Below are positions 51,764-64,000 of a stretch of DNA of 64,000 nucleotides, piece after piece. Source of the stretch: Octopus sinensis. Taxonomy: Eukaryota. The position numbers and the translations under genes are program-made. Each line of letters starts with the position of its first letter. Positions within the stretch are counted from its first letter, which is position 1. The stretch lies in the NCBI RefSeq assembly GCF_006345805.1, contig NC_043001.1:127844001-127908000 (forward strand), in the 5' to 3' direction. The notes under the pieces were generated by a model. The model did not search any database and was not told where the DNA came from. It saw nothing but the letters and a program-made list of their open reading frames with translations.

Positions 51764-52152
51764 ATCTTGTCTCTTTGTTTTTTTTCTACAGCTATTATGA
51801 TTTCTGCTCTATGAAACAGGCTGACTTACACCACCTTTACTCAGGCGTTCCTGGCCCCTTTGCCTCTCTTTTTCTCCACACTCTTGCTGTATCTAATCTC
51901 CCAGGCTCCTCACTAATTGTTATAATTAGTCCTTCCTCCCACAACATCAGCTCACTGGAATTCCCTCCCTCTCATTTCTTTTCTACAAGTGTTGACTTGC
52001 AGTGTTTCAAGAGGAACGTTAATGGCATCAATTTTGTTGATCAAGGAAGGCCTTTGCAGACCATGGGCAATACCCCTTCCTTCAAACCCAGCAAATAATA
52101 AAAAAAAAAAATGTGTGAATACATACATATATGCGCATATATACATACATAT

Positions 52153-52566
52153 AGGCACAGGAGTGGCTCTGTGGTAAGTAGCTTGCTAACCAACCACATG
52201 GTTCCGGGTTCAGTCCCACTGCGTGGCATCTTGGGCAAGTGTCTTCTGCTATAGCCCCGGGCCGACCAATGCCTTGTAAGTGGATTTGGTAGACGGAAAC
52301 TGAAAGAAGCCTGTAGTATATATGTATATATATATATATGTGTGTGTGTGTATGTGTTTGTGTTTGTCCCCCTAGCATTGCTTGACAACCGATGCTGGTG
52401 TGTTTACGTCCCCGTCACTTAGCGGTTCAGCAAAAGAGATCGATAGAATAAGTACTGGGCTTACAAAGTATAAGTCCTGGGGTCGATTTGCTCGACTAAA
52501 GGCAGTGCTCCAGCATGGCCGCAGTCAAATGACTGAAACAAGTAAAAGAGTAAAAGAGTAAAGAGT
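52153..52566 (+). mobile_element. SINE family A, full length
   Basis: Family consensus match; three AAAAGAGT tail units. Confidence 0.9.
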
Positions 52567-53486
52567 ATATCATTACCATCATTGTTTAATGTCCACTTTC
52601 CATACTGGTGTGGACTGGACGGTTTAACATGGAGCTGTCCAAATTCCAACTGTCTGTTGTGGCATGATTTCTATGACTTGATGCCCTTTCTAACACCAAC
52701 CACCTAACAGAGTGTGCTGGGTGCTTTTTACGTGTCACTGGCATGGGTGTGTGCTATAAAGTTAAAAAGATTGAGAAGCCCTACTCTATTGTCTTGAAAA
52801 AAGACAAAGGGAGTGTACGTTGGATCATACAGTTCTAGGTAAACTATGCCTGAAAATAGGATGTAATGACCCCAATAGAAACACTTTTGATGATAGGTTT
52901 ACTTTTTCTAAGTCTGCCCTGATGTGAAACAACAGGACTCAGTCGACTATTTTTATCATCTTCATAGTTTGACACAATATAACTGAATGGTTGAGGGATA
53001 AATAATGAAAATTTAATCTGATGTTCCACTTTAAACAATGAAAATACTATCTTTAACCTGATAAATGAAGAAAAGATTGGTAACATCTTTAAAAAGGCTG
53101 CATTTACAAGCTCAGCTAATAGTAAAAATTGATTCTTTTTGTTACATTTTGCATCAGTTTTCTATCTATGTTTTATTTAAGAACTAATTTACATCAGGTA
53201 TAAAATTAATTTCAGTTTCATAAAATCTAATGAGTTACATTTTGATGGTGTTTTACTCTTTTTAAAATTTTTATTTGATAATTTTAACATTTATTTCCAG
53301 TAATGACACTTAACCATAATTTAGGGGTGAATATACTGTCAAATACGTCTACTTGAGTATTTGATACCAGGGTTATTTTATTAACCTTGAAAAATGGAAA
53401 GCAACGTTTACCCAGCAGGATAGAAACTCACAACATAGACATAAGCAGAAGACATTTAGGCAGAACTTTGGTTTAAGCATCCCGTA

Positions 53487-53891
53487 ACTCTCTTTACTCT
53501 TTTACTTGTTTCAGTCATTTGACTGCGGCCATGCTGGAGCACCGCCTTTAGTCGAGCAACTCGACCCCGGGACTTATTCTTTTTGTAAGCCCAGTACTTA
53601 TTCTATCGGTCTCTTTTTGCTGAACCGCTAAGTGACGGGGACGTAAACACACCAGCATCGGTTGTCAAGCAATGCTAGGGGAACAAACATAGACACATAC
53701 ATATATATATATATATATACATATATACGACAGGCTTCTTTCAGTTTCCGTCTACCAAATCCACTCACAAGGCATTGGTCGGCCCGGGGCTATAGTAGAA
53801 GACACTTGCCCAAGGTGCCACGCAGTGGGACTGAACCCGGAACCATGTGGTTGGTTAGCAAGCTACTTACCACACAGCCACTCCTGCGCCT
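53487..53891 (-). mobile_element. SINE family A, full length
   Basis: Family consensus match. Confidence 0.9.
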
Positions 53892-53914
53892 ATAACATTG
53901 ATTTTTTTTTTTTA

Positions 53915-54262
53915 ATTTTTGGAAAATTTTTGCAAATTTGTGTTCTACACACAGGAATTCATACGTTTATGCAAAAAAAAAAAAAATTTTTTTGTGCGAT
54001 ACAAGGGCTATTTAGCACACCTCACAACCACCCGAAACCTTCCTCGTTTCTTTCTCACTGATGCATTGTTTTTCAATATCTTACTCCCTATAAACACATT
54101 TAACGGTCCATTATTGAGACTTAAGCAAAAAAAGTCAGACTGTCCGCAATTTATACTCTGATTTTAAAGAAAATATTTGAAAAATTAAAAAAAATTTTTT
54201 CTTAATCATATGAATTCCCGTGTGTTCAACATAAACAAACAATTTCTGAAAATTCCCAAAAA
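53915..54262. mobile_element. Degenerate MITE/foldback
   Basis: acacacaggaattcata / tatgaattcccgtgtgt within longer imperfect inverted arms. Confidence 0.5.
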
Positions 54263-54579
54263 TAAAGTTATGAGGGGTTATGTGGTACTTAACCAGAATC
54301 CCGCCAACTTTTTGTACAGTAGACATGGCTGGATTTGCTTGCTCTAGTAATTTTTTATATTGTACAATTACTAGTATTATCATTAAAAATAAGAATTATT
54401 TCTAAAACTGGTACAGGGTCTGAACTTTGGGGGAGGAGGTTAGTCGGTTACATAAAACCTCAGTATTTGATTTATACTTTATTTTATCGACCCCGAACGG
54501 ACGAAAGCCAAAGTCGACCTCGGTAGGATCTGAACTTAGAGCAGTATCCAATTACCGACTCTAACAATTCTGAAAATCG

Positions 54580-54948
<369 letters not shown>

Positions 54949-55608
54949 TAATATAAACACAAGAACTTAGATTTGAAGGATTGGATTTGCAGACTTGTAC
55001 AAAATACCTTGTAGTATTTGTTTCAGTTCTTTGTTTCAAACTGCATTTTATCCTTCTGGTGTCGATATTATAGAAAGTACTCGAATCGATATAAATCGAT
55101 TGTCCTCTTCCCTAAAATTTGAGGTTTTATGCCTATGTAAAAAAAATCAATATCATTGTATTCAAGACACTGATTTTCTTTCGATTAGCAATTTATGCAA
55201 AACGTTCATTTTAATAAATTGTCTGTCGGTGCGAGATTACACAAAATAGATAAATAATATTAGCTGTAATAACATTAAATTTTGCTGTATAATAAGGATT
55301 TCTTACGTACGGAAAGGGTTAAAGGGTTACAAATTTGTTGTGAAGGAGTTTAGACGAATGAATTGCTTCCACTATATAACTGTTTACTTTATAGTCTAGA
55401 ACAGAAAATTAATCATTTTCTTTTATACCGGTTTTAGACATCGTAATTAGTCTAGGGCACCACCTTTAGAATTTAATTTAACACTTCACTATAGAGTTCA
55501 AAAATGCACTAAGATTACGAAACGTTCTAGGGTCGATGAAATAGTGCGAGGATAGGGAATACTTCAGACAACACAATCTTGTACAAAATACAGTAACGAA
55601 AGGGTTAA

Positions 55609-55829
55609 CCCTTTCGTTACTGTATTTATTTTGAGATGCCCTGTGTCTCTTTCAATTATTTTAAAAATAACAAAGAATTTAGTAAAATAACTTAGTTGTC
55701 ATTAAGCTAGTATTAGGAATATAAATTGCAACTAAGGTTTGGTGGTATATTTTGATGCAAAACTTATGAAAACAGGACATTTGTACTACAGAGCCAGAGC
55801 CGGTTTTGGCCGGGTTGGTAACGAAAGGG
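55609..55829. mobile_element. piggyBac-type MITE (family P1) with an extra inverted terminus at its left end
   Basis: CCCTTTCGTTAC...GTAACGAAAGGG; right TTAA missing. Confidence 0.85.
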
Positions 55830-56273
55830 GAAAATATTAGACCTTACTACATAAGACAAAGAAATCATTTCGCGGATTTAATTAAGCGAAGGCCCGTTAC
55901 TCTGCTTTTTCTCTATCGGTCGTGATTTTGCGGGGAAAAAAGTGACAACAATAAACTTGAGGAAACAAAATTAAATCCCATTTGCAATAGGATTGATAGT
56001 TTAAGAAAGTGCACATATCTGTAATATTGCTGTATTATAAACGATAAAAACAACAACCATTATTTGAAGAGCTTTGTATCTAAAAATTAAGATAAAAAAT
56101 AAGAAAAATGTATCAAAAAACGGTTTCTTAAAGTATCTTAAGTACGCCTTAAAGGATAATAGGGCGATCTTTCGTCAGTATGACAAAATTTTATTTACAT
56201 TTAAAATTTTTATTATTTTTATATTCAAATGTCATAGTATAGGATTTAATCCACTGGCTGTGTGGTAAGTAGC

Positions 56274-56600
56274 TTGCTAACCAACCACATGGTTCCTGGT
56301 TGGCATCTTGGGCAAGTGTCTTCTGCTATAGCCCCGGGCCGACCAATGCCTTGTGAGTGGATTTGGTAGACGGAAACTGAAAGAAGCCTGTCGTATATAT
56401 ATATGTGTGTGTGTTTGTCCCCCTAGCATTGCTTGACAACCGATGCTGGTATGTTTACGTCCCCGTTACTTAGCGGTTCGGCAAAAGAGATCGATAGAAT
56501 AAGTACTGGGCTTACAAAGAATAAGTCCCGGGGTCGACTTGCACGACTAAAGGCGGTGCTCCAGCATGGCCACAGTCAAATGACTGAAACAAGTAAAAGA
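56274..56600 (+). mobile_element. SINE family A
   Basis: Family consensus match; B-box partly deleted. Confidence 0.85.
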
Positions 56601-57023
56601 AAAAAGAAAGAAAAAATTTTTTTTTTGTTTCGACAGACGGTGGTGCTTGCAGAAACAGCCAATTTAGTTATGTCCCTTGATATTCTAAGTTCAATCCCAT
56701 TAAGGTCAATTTCACATTTCATCATTCCAGTATTGGTAGAACACTGGATCCACTCACCCATATTTGGGCATCACTAAACACCAAAACCCAACATCACATA
56801 GTGATATTCAGAGATTTTTGTATCATTTGTATCAGCCAATTTGTGGCCTTTCACCAAAATCAGAAATTATTGTCTGTGATGATATGTTCAAAATTTGAGG
56901 ACTGAAGTCATCAACAACCTGCTCGAATTCTAATGATAATAATATAGCATTACAATACCAAGATGTAAATTGCAAAGCAAACCCTAAGTTTACATAACGA
57001 AATAAGACAAAATTATAACACGA

Positions 57024-57417
57024 CTAGCAGTATCGCCCGGCGTTGCTCGGGTTTGTAAGGGAAATAACTATATAAGCATTTTTAGAGATGTAAAGTATAA
57101 TAGCCATCTCAATATGGCTAACCACAAAGGTGGGTGTTACTGTAGCTTTTTACGTTCTGAGATTTAATAATACATTTTTAGAGAGTTACTTCCCTTATAT
57201 AATAGGGAAAAATGCATTAAAAATGGGAAAAAAATTATGGTAAATTTTTTTAAAATCGTAGACTCATCGTAGACGCGCGCTAATACCCAGAAGGGATCGA
57301 TATGAATCACGACTATAAGATACCCGCTTTTGGTTACACTGCACCGCAAAATGTGGGAGTAGTTAGGAATCTAAATCGTAGGAGACAGACACACAACTTC
57401 ACTTTTATATATAAAGA
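57024..57417 (-). mobile_element. Non-autonomous Helitron with a different internal insert
   Basis: Same termini as the other two copies. Confidence 0.85.
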
Positions 57418-57569
57418 TATTTTTAGGCATCCAAAAGACACAAACAAAAGTATGAAGAATCTGTTTTACTTATTAGCTTTAAAATTTTACCTTCAGACGT
57501 TTTTGATATTCGACTGATTGCAAAATATGCTTTATTCATAAGTAATTAACTGTCCTCCAAAAAATGCCC

Positions 57570-58100
57570 ATACATTACGATTATAAAGAAATTTGTGGGG
57601 GAAATCTTTTCCAAGGGGTTGGGGAGAGAACTTCGGAAAATTCTCAAAATCTGAGTTTTTCCCTCATAACTTTTAGGAAAATGGGGTTGTTTCAATGAAA
57701 TTTTATAGAAATACCTTTCAAAAGGCATACATTACGATTATAAAGTAATTTGTGGGGAAAATCTTGAGGTGGAGAGAGGACTTTCGGAAAATTCCCATGA
57801 TCCGAATTTTTCCTCCTTATATTCCGAAATCACATTCAACTTTCTATAGATACCCTAGCGTAGTACTAATACACTACGTAGTGTTTATTTCTACCCACTT
57901 CATTTTTTTCTCTCCACCCTTTGGAAAAGATTTTCCCCACAAATTGCCTTATAATCGTAATGTATACCTTTTGAAAGGTATTTCTATAAAATTTCATTGA
58001 AAAAGCCCCATTTTCCTAAAAGTTATGGGGGAAAAACTCAGATTTTGTGAATTTTCTGAAGTCTTTCCCTATCCCATTAGAAAAGATTTTCCCCTTAGAA
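57570..58100. repeat. Foldback built from ~156-bp units (two direct, at least one inverted)
   Basis: catacattacgattataaag at 57570 and 57726; reverse complement near 57948; related decayed units around 59400-60220. Confidence 0.7.
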
Positions 58101-58354
58101 AAGATTTTCCTTTTGTATCCCACCTAAAAAAAACACCCCGTTTTATTATTTAATTTTTTTCTACACAAACCCCCGTTTTCGGCTATGGAGAACACGAATC
58201 TGCAAAACAATTGGCAAAAATCGGCATTTTGAAATCCACCACCACCACTAAATTCTTCATTTTTAACTTTTTCAGAATTGTTTTTTTTCCCCCACAATAT
58301 GCGGGAAAATACGGAGATTATGATTCTGAAACAAATTTCCAAAAATTTTTCTAC

Positions 58355-58410
58355 TTAGGGTTAGGGTTTTAGGGTTAGGGTTTTAGGGTTGGGGTTTTAG
58401 GGTTAGGGTT
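58355..58410 (+). repeat. Interstitial telomere-like repeat (TTAGGG/TTTTAGGG)
   Basis: ttagggttagggttttagggttagggttttagggttggggttttagggttagggtt. Confidence 0.9.
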
Positions 58411-59518
58411 ATGGAAAAAAGCGAAAAATGAAGAAATTAGGGGAGGGGGGAGTAAGGATGGTGGGGCAAAAAAATTTTAAATTCTGATTTTTGGCAATTT
58501 TCCGGAATCTCTGTATCCGAAAATGTAGGTTTTAGGCAAAAAAAAAAATTTTAAAAGAACAATAATTTGAGAGAAAATGGTGGTGGGGGGAATTATTGAA
58601 ACACACAGAAATTACCATTGGGAGGGACATAGATGTTTTGACACCATTTTTCGATTGAATATATCTTATTTACTTAAAAATTGGAATTTTGGAAAATATT
58701 TTTTTTTTTTACAACTGCGATTTCCGTTTTTGTTTACATGAAATTATATAAAAAATTTTGTAAGATTTGGCTGTGTGGAGAGACCTTCTAGGCTTAACTT
58801 TATGTGTTGGTTGAAAATCACCTAAAAAAGATTCTGGGGTCGATACATTTGACTAAAAATTCTTCAAGGCAGTACCCCAGCATGGCCACAGTCCAGTGAC
58901 TGAAACAAGTAAAAAGATTTTTAGAAAATAAAAAAAAAATGAAAAATAACCAAAAATATATAACCGGGGCGGGGGTGGGGTCATTAAAAATTTCAAGAGA
59001 TTTGGCTGTTATTTCTAGCATGTCGAAAGACCTTCTAGGCTTAACTTCATGTGCTGGTTGAAAATCATCTAAAAAAATTTTTGGGGTCAATACAATCAAC
59101 TAAAAATTCCTCAAGGTGGTGCCCCGGCATGGCCGCAGTCTAATGATTGCAACAAGTAAAAAGGAAAGCAAAATTGAATTATATCAAAAAAATTGAATTA
59201 TAAAATTCTGAGTTCCATACAGCTGTCTAAAAATTCTTGAAGGTGGTGCCCCAGCATGGGTGGCACAGTCTAATAACTGCAACGAAAATTATAACCTCGG
59301 GGCTTTCGTCCTAGGGTTCTTTTGTCCGAGGGGCTTTTGTCCGGACCCTGTTCTCAGCCTATCTGCATAAGTGTGCCTCATTCTGAATTTGTTTCCTCAT
59401 AACTTATAAAAATGGATATTTTTAAATGAAATTTCATTAAATACCTTCCAAATGGTTCAGATTTTGATTATATCAGAATTTAATGTAAGATACTTGCATG
59501 ACATATACATCTGCAAGA

Positions 59519-59911
59519 GTGGAGGCGCAATGGCCCAGTGGTTAGGGCAGCGGACTCGCGGTCATAGGATCGCGGTTTCGATTCCCAGACCGGGCGTTGT
59601 GAGTGTTTATTGAGAGCAAAAATACCTAAAAGCTCCACGAGGCTCCGGCAGGGGATGGTGGTGATCCCTGCTGTACTCTTTCACCACAACTTTCTCTCAC
59701 TCTTTCGTCCTGTTTCTGTTGTACCTGTATTTCAAAGGGCCAGCCTTGTCACTCTCTGTGTCATGCTGAATATCCCCGAGAACTACATTAAGGGTATACG
59801 TGTCTGTGGAGTGCTCAGCCACTTACACGTTAATTTCACGAGCAGGCTGTTCCGTTGATTCGGATCAACCGGAACCCTCGTCGTCGTAACCGATGGAGTG
59901 CTTCCATTCCT
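59519..59911 (+). mobile_element. SINE family B, full length
   Basis: 13-bp TSD tacatctgcaaga. Confidence 0.92.
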
Positions 59912-60829
59912 TACATCTGCAAGAAAAAAAAACTTGAAATTTTAAAAACAGTTATGCTTTTACTTTAAATTCCAATATAATCGTAATCTATGCCATTTGA
60001 AATGTATTTGTAGAAAAATTCCATTAAATAATACTATTTTTCCTGAAGTTATGAAACAAAGTTGAATCATATGAATTATTCAAAACTCCTCTCTCTCCAT
60101 TTTCGAAATTTTTTTTTCACAGCAGACTCTGATATAATTGGAATCTACACCATCTGAAAGATATATGTTGAAAATGTCTTTAAAAAATATTCCTTTTTTT
60201 TGAAAGTTATGAAACAAAGAACAAAGTCGTGGTGGGGTGCACATTTGTGTAGCTATCTTCCATTCTTTTAACCTTCACAGCCTAAGCATTAATATATATT
60301 CATTCAAATCATAGAAAATCATATTAAAATGTATATTATATACATGAATGTGTGTGGCAAGTCCTATAAAGAGGTAAATTTTCAGTTCCTATGACTGCAC
60401 CACATTTTCGGAAACTGTGAAGGTAACACTTCGCATTTCCCTTTCCTTAAAATGTAGGTCCTTTGCCTCTTGCAATATATGTGTGCACCACACTTCTGTA
60501 CATGTATGTGTGTGAGAGGTACAGTTTTTCATTTACGCATGCTAGGTTAAACAACTAACACATTTGGAAACAAACAGCTAGTTTGATTTCTGTATGGTAC
60601 AGATTTATAAATATTCCATATTAGTAGAATAAGGACAAATGAGATTTCGGCAATGATTAAGTCATCTTCAAAATGTGGATGTTATCTGAAAATAGCTGTG
60701 TGAGGTCAAAAGCCCGATTGCCTATTTTTAGAGCCTAGAAGTGTAGAAGTGTGTTAATATCATAATCACTCCATATATTAATCAGCCATATAAGACATGT
60801 TATAGAATACAAAAATTTTATCACTTTAA

Positions 60830-61049
60830 CCCTTTAGTGTTCAGATTATTCTGTCAAATGTGATATTTGTTTATTTATATTGCTTTGAATTAGACATGCA
60901 TTATCTTGTAGTTTAGAGATTTCAGTGATGTGATTTTTTAGTTTTAGAACGACATTGTAGGGCTGAGGTGAGAGGCGAGACCTGGTCAGTTTCAATATAA
61001 AACAGGTTAAATATTCTGGCCGGATATGGCCGGTTTGAATGCTAAAGGG
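60830..61049. mobile_element. piggyBac-type MITE (family P2)
   Basis: TTAA|CCCTTTAG...CTAAAGGG|TTAA. Confidence 0.85.
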
Positions 61050-61080
61050 TTAAGAGACTTTCCAAACTTATTCACATGTA

Positions 61081-61190
61081 CAGTGGTACCTCGGTTTTCT
61101 AACAACTCTGATCACAAATAAATCGTGCTTTATATATATAAAACACGATTTATTTGTGATCAGAGGCGTTCGTAAACCAAGGTACTACTG
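61081..61190. mobile_element. Tigger/pogo-type MITE, almost entirely palindromic
   Basis: TA|CAGTGGTACCTCGGTTT...AAACCAAGGTACTACTG|TA; inner arms ctctgatcacaaataaatcgtg / cacgatttatttgtgatcagag. Confidence 0.85.
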
Positions 61191-61610
61191 TATAAATGTG
61201 TGTGTATGTGCGCACGCATACATACACACACACACATACACACACACACAAGCATGCATCAATGACCTGAACTCAGGTACTGGGGTATGTCTGATAAGCA
61301 ATCAGTCATCTTACCAATACAACCTTGATTTTCTCTTCTTTGCATATCTATATTTTAGAAATAATATGTAAACATTTTTGAGAAAGGCAGTAGATATTGA
61401 AGAAAAAATGCAAGACATATGGATAAGTGGAAGAATAGATCAATAGATTTCATGTATCTGTGTGAGTGAACGAGATTATTGATTCTAAAACATTTGGTAA
61501 ATGAAGGAAGAAAAAAGCAATGAAGAGAAGGGCAAAGTAAATATATTGTTTGATAAAGGAGACAAGTATTATTGACTGATAAGAAATAGGATGACTAACA
61601 CACACACATG

Positions 61611-61664
<54 letters not shown>

Positions 61665-61951
61665 ATACACACACAAGCACATGTATATAGCTTTTAGGCA
61701 ACTGACTCTGAATGGGAAGATCTGCAAACAGATCTCTGGCTTGTTTTGGAGAATTTGTTGCAGTTGCTTCCTCCATATCCCAATGATGATCATATTTGTC
61801 GCAAAAAAAATCATGTAAAAAAAAACGAAAACTATCGCAGTAATGAAAACATAGGAATCCAAAATTTCAGGACTGCAGGTCCGGCTTCGACCTGGAATGC
61901 TTTTAATTTACTCACAGAGTTAGCCTTTAGATTATAAAAATAGTTATCATA

Positions 61952-63217
61952 TTAGGTCATCAAGTATGAAATTTGTAGTAAGGTATATGGTAAACTTTGA
62001 CAGCTATTCATTCTGTGCCATTACTATATTTTGACAATCTTTATTTTTTTTAGTTAGAAAGCTGACACATCTATTTCTTTATTCTAACTCATTTTGCACT
62101 TTATAAAGTATTTATAAATTGTTTTTTGCTATCTTTGTTTACAGATGGATAAGTCGGAAATTCTTACAGTTTTGAAATATGAGTTCTTTCTTGGAAACAG
62201 AGCATCACAAATAGCTTGGAATATTAATGGAGCATTTCATTCTAATGTTATTACACAGCAGACAGTATCAAATTGGTTTGCAAAATTTCGGTCTGGTAAC
62301 TTTCACCTCACAAATGAGCAATGAAATCGACCAGAAACAAAGGTGGGTAATGATGAACTAAAAAAACCACCGTCGAATCAGATCCATTTCCATGTGCCTG
62401 TGAATTATTGTTGTTGTTTGGTGTTAGCAAGCAAACCATATTGACTCACCTAGTTCAAATCAGTAAAGTGAACAAGTTGGATAAGTGGGTTCCACATGAA
62501 CTCAATGAAAATCAGAAACAGCAATGTTTGGAAGCCTGCATTATGTTACTTTCTCGTCACAAAAATGAATCATTTTTTAATCGAATTGTAATATGATGAG
62601 AAATGGATCCAATACAGCAACCATAAATGTTCAGCACAATGGCTGGACGAAGACTAGCCACCAAAACACAGTCCAAAAGGCAAAAGAACATCATGGTATG
62701 TGTTTGATGGTCTGGCGCAGGTGTGATCCATTATGATTTCGTTAAACCTGGCTCATCAATCATGGCCAAAGTATACTGCAGCCAACAGGACCAAATGATA
62801 CAGAAACTTACGAAAAGATTAATCAACAGATCCATTCCTATTTCATTGCAAGACAGCGCCAGACCACACATCGCAAAAATGACATTGGCGAAACTACAGG
62901 AGTTGGAGTTGGAAGTTCTCCATCATCCACCATACTCATCTGATCTTGTCCCCACTGACTACCGTTTCTTCTAGAATTTGGATAACTTTTGGATAGGAAA
63001 AAAATTTAATTCCTACGATACTGTAAAATAGGCCTTGCAAGATTTTATTGATTCTAGATTGCCAGGCTTTTACAGTTTCGGGCTGGACAAGCTACTGCTG
63101 AAATTGCACATGTGTATTAACAATACGGGTGCATACTTTGGTAAATAAAACTATTCCTTGTATTCATAAAACATTAGCAAACTTTTTTCTTTTCTACAAA
63201 TTTCATACTTGATGACC
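61952..63217 (+). mobile_element. mariner (DD34D) transposon, full length, pseudogenised
   Basis: TIRs ggtcatcaagtatgaaatttgtag; MDKSEILTVLKYEF, WVPHEL, QDSARPH, PPYSSDLVPTDY with stops and frameshifts. Confidence 0.92.
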
Positions 63218-63537
63218 AGAAACAAAGGTGGATAATGTCAAATTATAAAAATCCACTGTCAAGTCAGATCCATCTCAAAGTCACAAAAAGTCACATAAAA
63301 AAAATCAGCGAAAATAATCACAGTAACGAAAACTTGAGAATCCAAAATTTCAGGATTGTGGGTCTAGATTCAGCCCAGAATGTTTTTAATTTACATATGG
63401 AGTCAGCCTAATTCCAAAATGGTATGATATGTGGGGCTATGGCCACTAGGAGTAAAGTTGAAAAAGTTTGACATACTGACATTCACATTTATTATATTAT
63501 ATTATATTATATTATATTATATTATATTATTATATTA

Positions 63538-63740
63538 AGGTGGTGAGCCAGAAGAATTGTTAGAACACCGGACGAAATGCCTAGCTGTATTTCGTCTACC
63601 ATTAGGTTTTAAGTTTGAATTCCACTGAGGTCAACTTAGCCTTTCATCCTTTCGGGGTCAATAAAATTAGCACCAGTTACGTACTGGGGTCAATGTAATT
63701 ACAAAATTTGAGGCCTTGTCCTTCCAGCAGAAAGGATTTA
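63538..63740 (+). mobile_element. SINE family D
   Basis: aaggtggtgagcc...gtcaacttagcctttcatcctttcggggtcaataaa. Confidence 0.7.
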
Positions 63741-64000
63741 TTAAAGTTGAAAAAGTGTGACACACTGACTTTCATATTTATTATATCAGATATATTTAAT
63801 TTTGGGGAAGCTTTATTTCAATTAAAGTGTATTATATATATATGTGTATGTATGTATGTATGTATGTATGTATGTATGTATGTATGTATGTATGTATGTA
63901 TGTATATATGTATGTATATATGAGTGTGTATGTGTGTGTATGTATTAAAGAAAACAAAAATGATAATGTTCAGTATGTTGGTGACAGGAATTTCTGTCAG

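Noticed and set aside
59519-59595. tRNA-like sequences with A and B boxes
   Set aside because: They are SINE heads continuous with SINE bodies and TSDs; no complete cloverleaf or Pol III terminator.

Overview
Eukaryotic, AT-rich, repeat-saturated animal DNA. The tRNA-derived SINE families, (TA)n/(TG)n microsatellites and LINE types look like an octopus (coleoid cephalopod) genome; this is inferred, not verified. Only one protein-coding gene is supported: an intact, intronless RBM25 (RRM, RE/RD-rich region, PWI) on the minus strand at 35821-38208. Nearly all other listed ORFs are translations of repeats. The rest of the window holds about 25 SINE copies from 4 families, truncated RTE and CR1 LINEs, five decayed Tc1/mariner elements, piggyBac-, mariner- and Tigger-type MITEs, three non-autonomous Helitrons, and one very young non-coding LTR element (tRNA-Trp PBS, PPT, about 99% identical 585-bp LTRs). 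The most interesting observations are: (i) a roughly 190-bp retrozyme/Penelope-like repeat family (3 copies) carrying a minimal type I hammerhead ribozyme with a non-canonical CUGUCGA core, two copies of which flank a 340-bp foldback; (ii) a second, degenerate hammerhead fused to a tRNA-like B-box; (iii) strong splice sites bracketing the intronless RBM25, hinting at a retrogene inside a spliced non-coding transcript or at unproductive-splicing autoregulation. All coordinates were read by eye, so repeat boundaries are approximate unless TSDs or TIRs are quoted.
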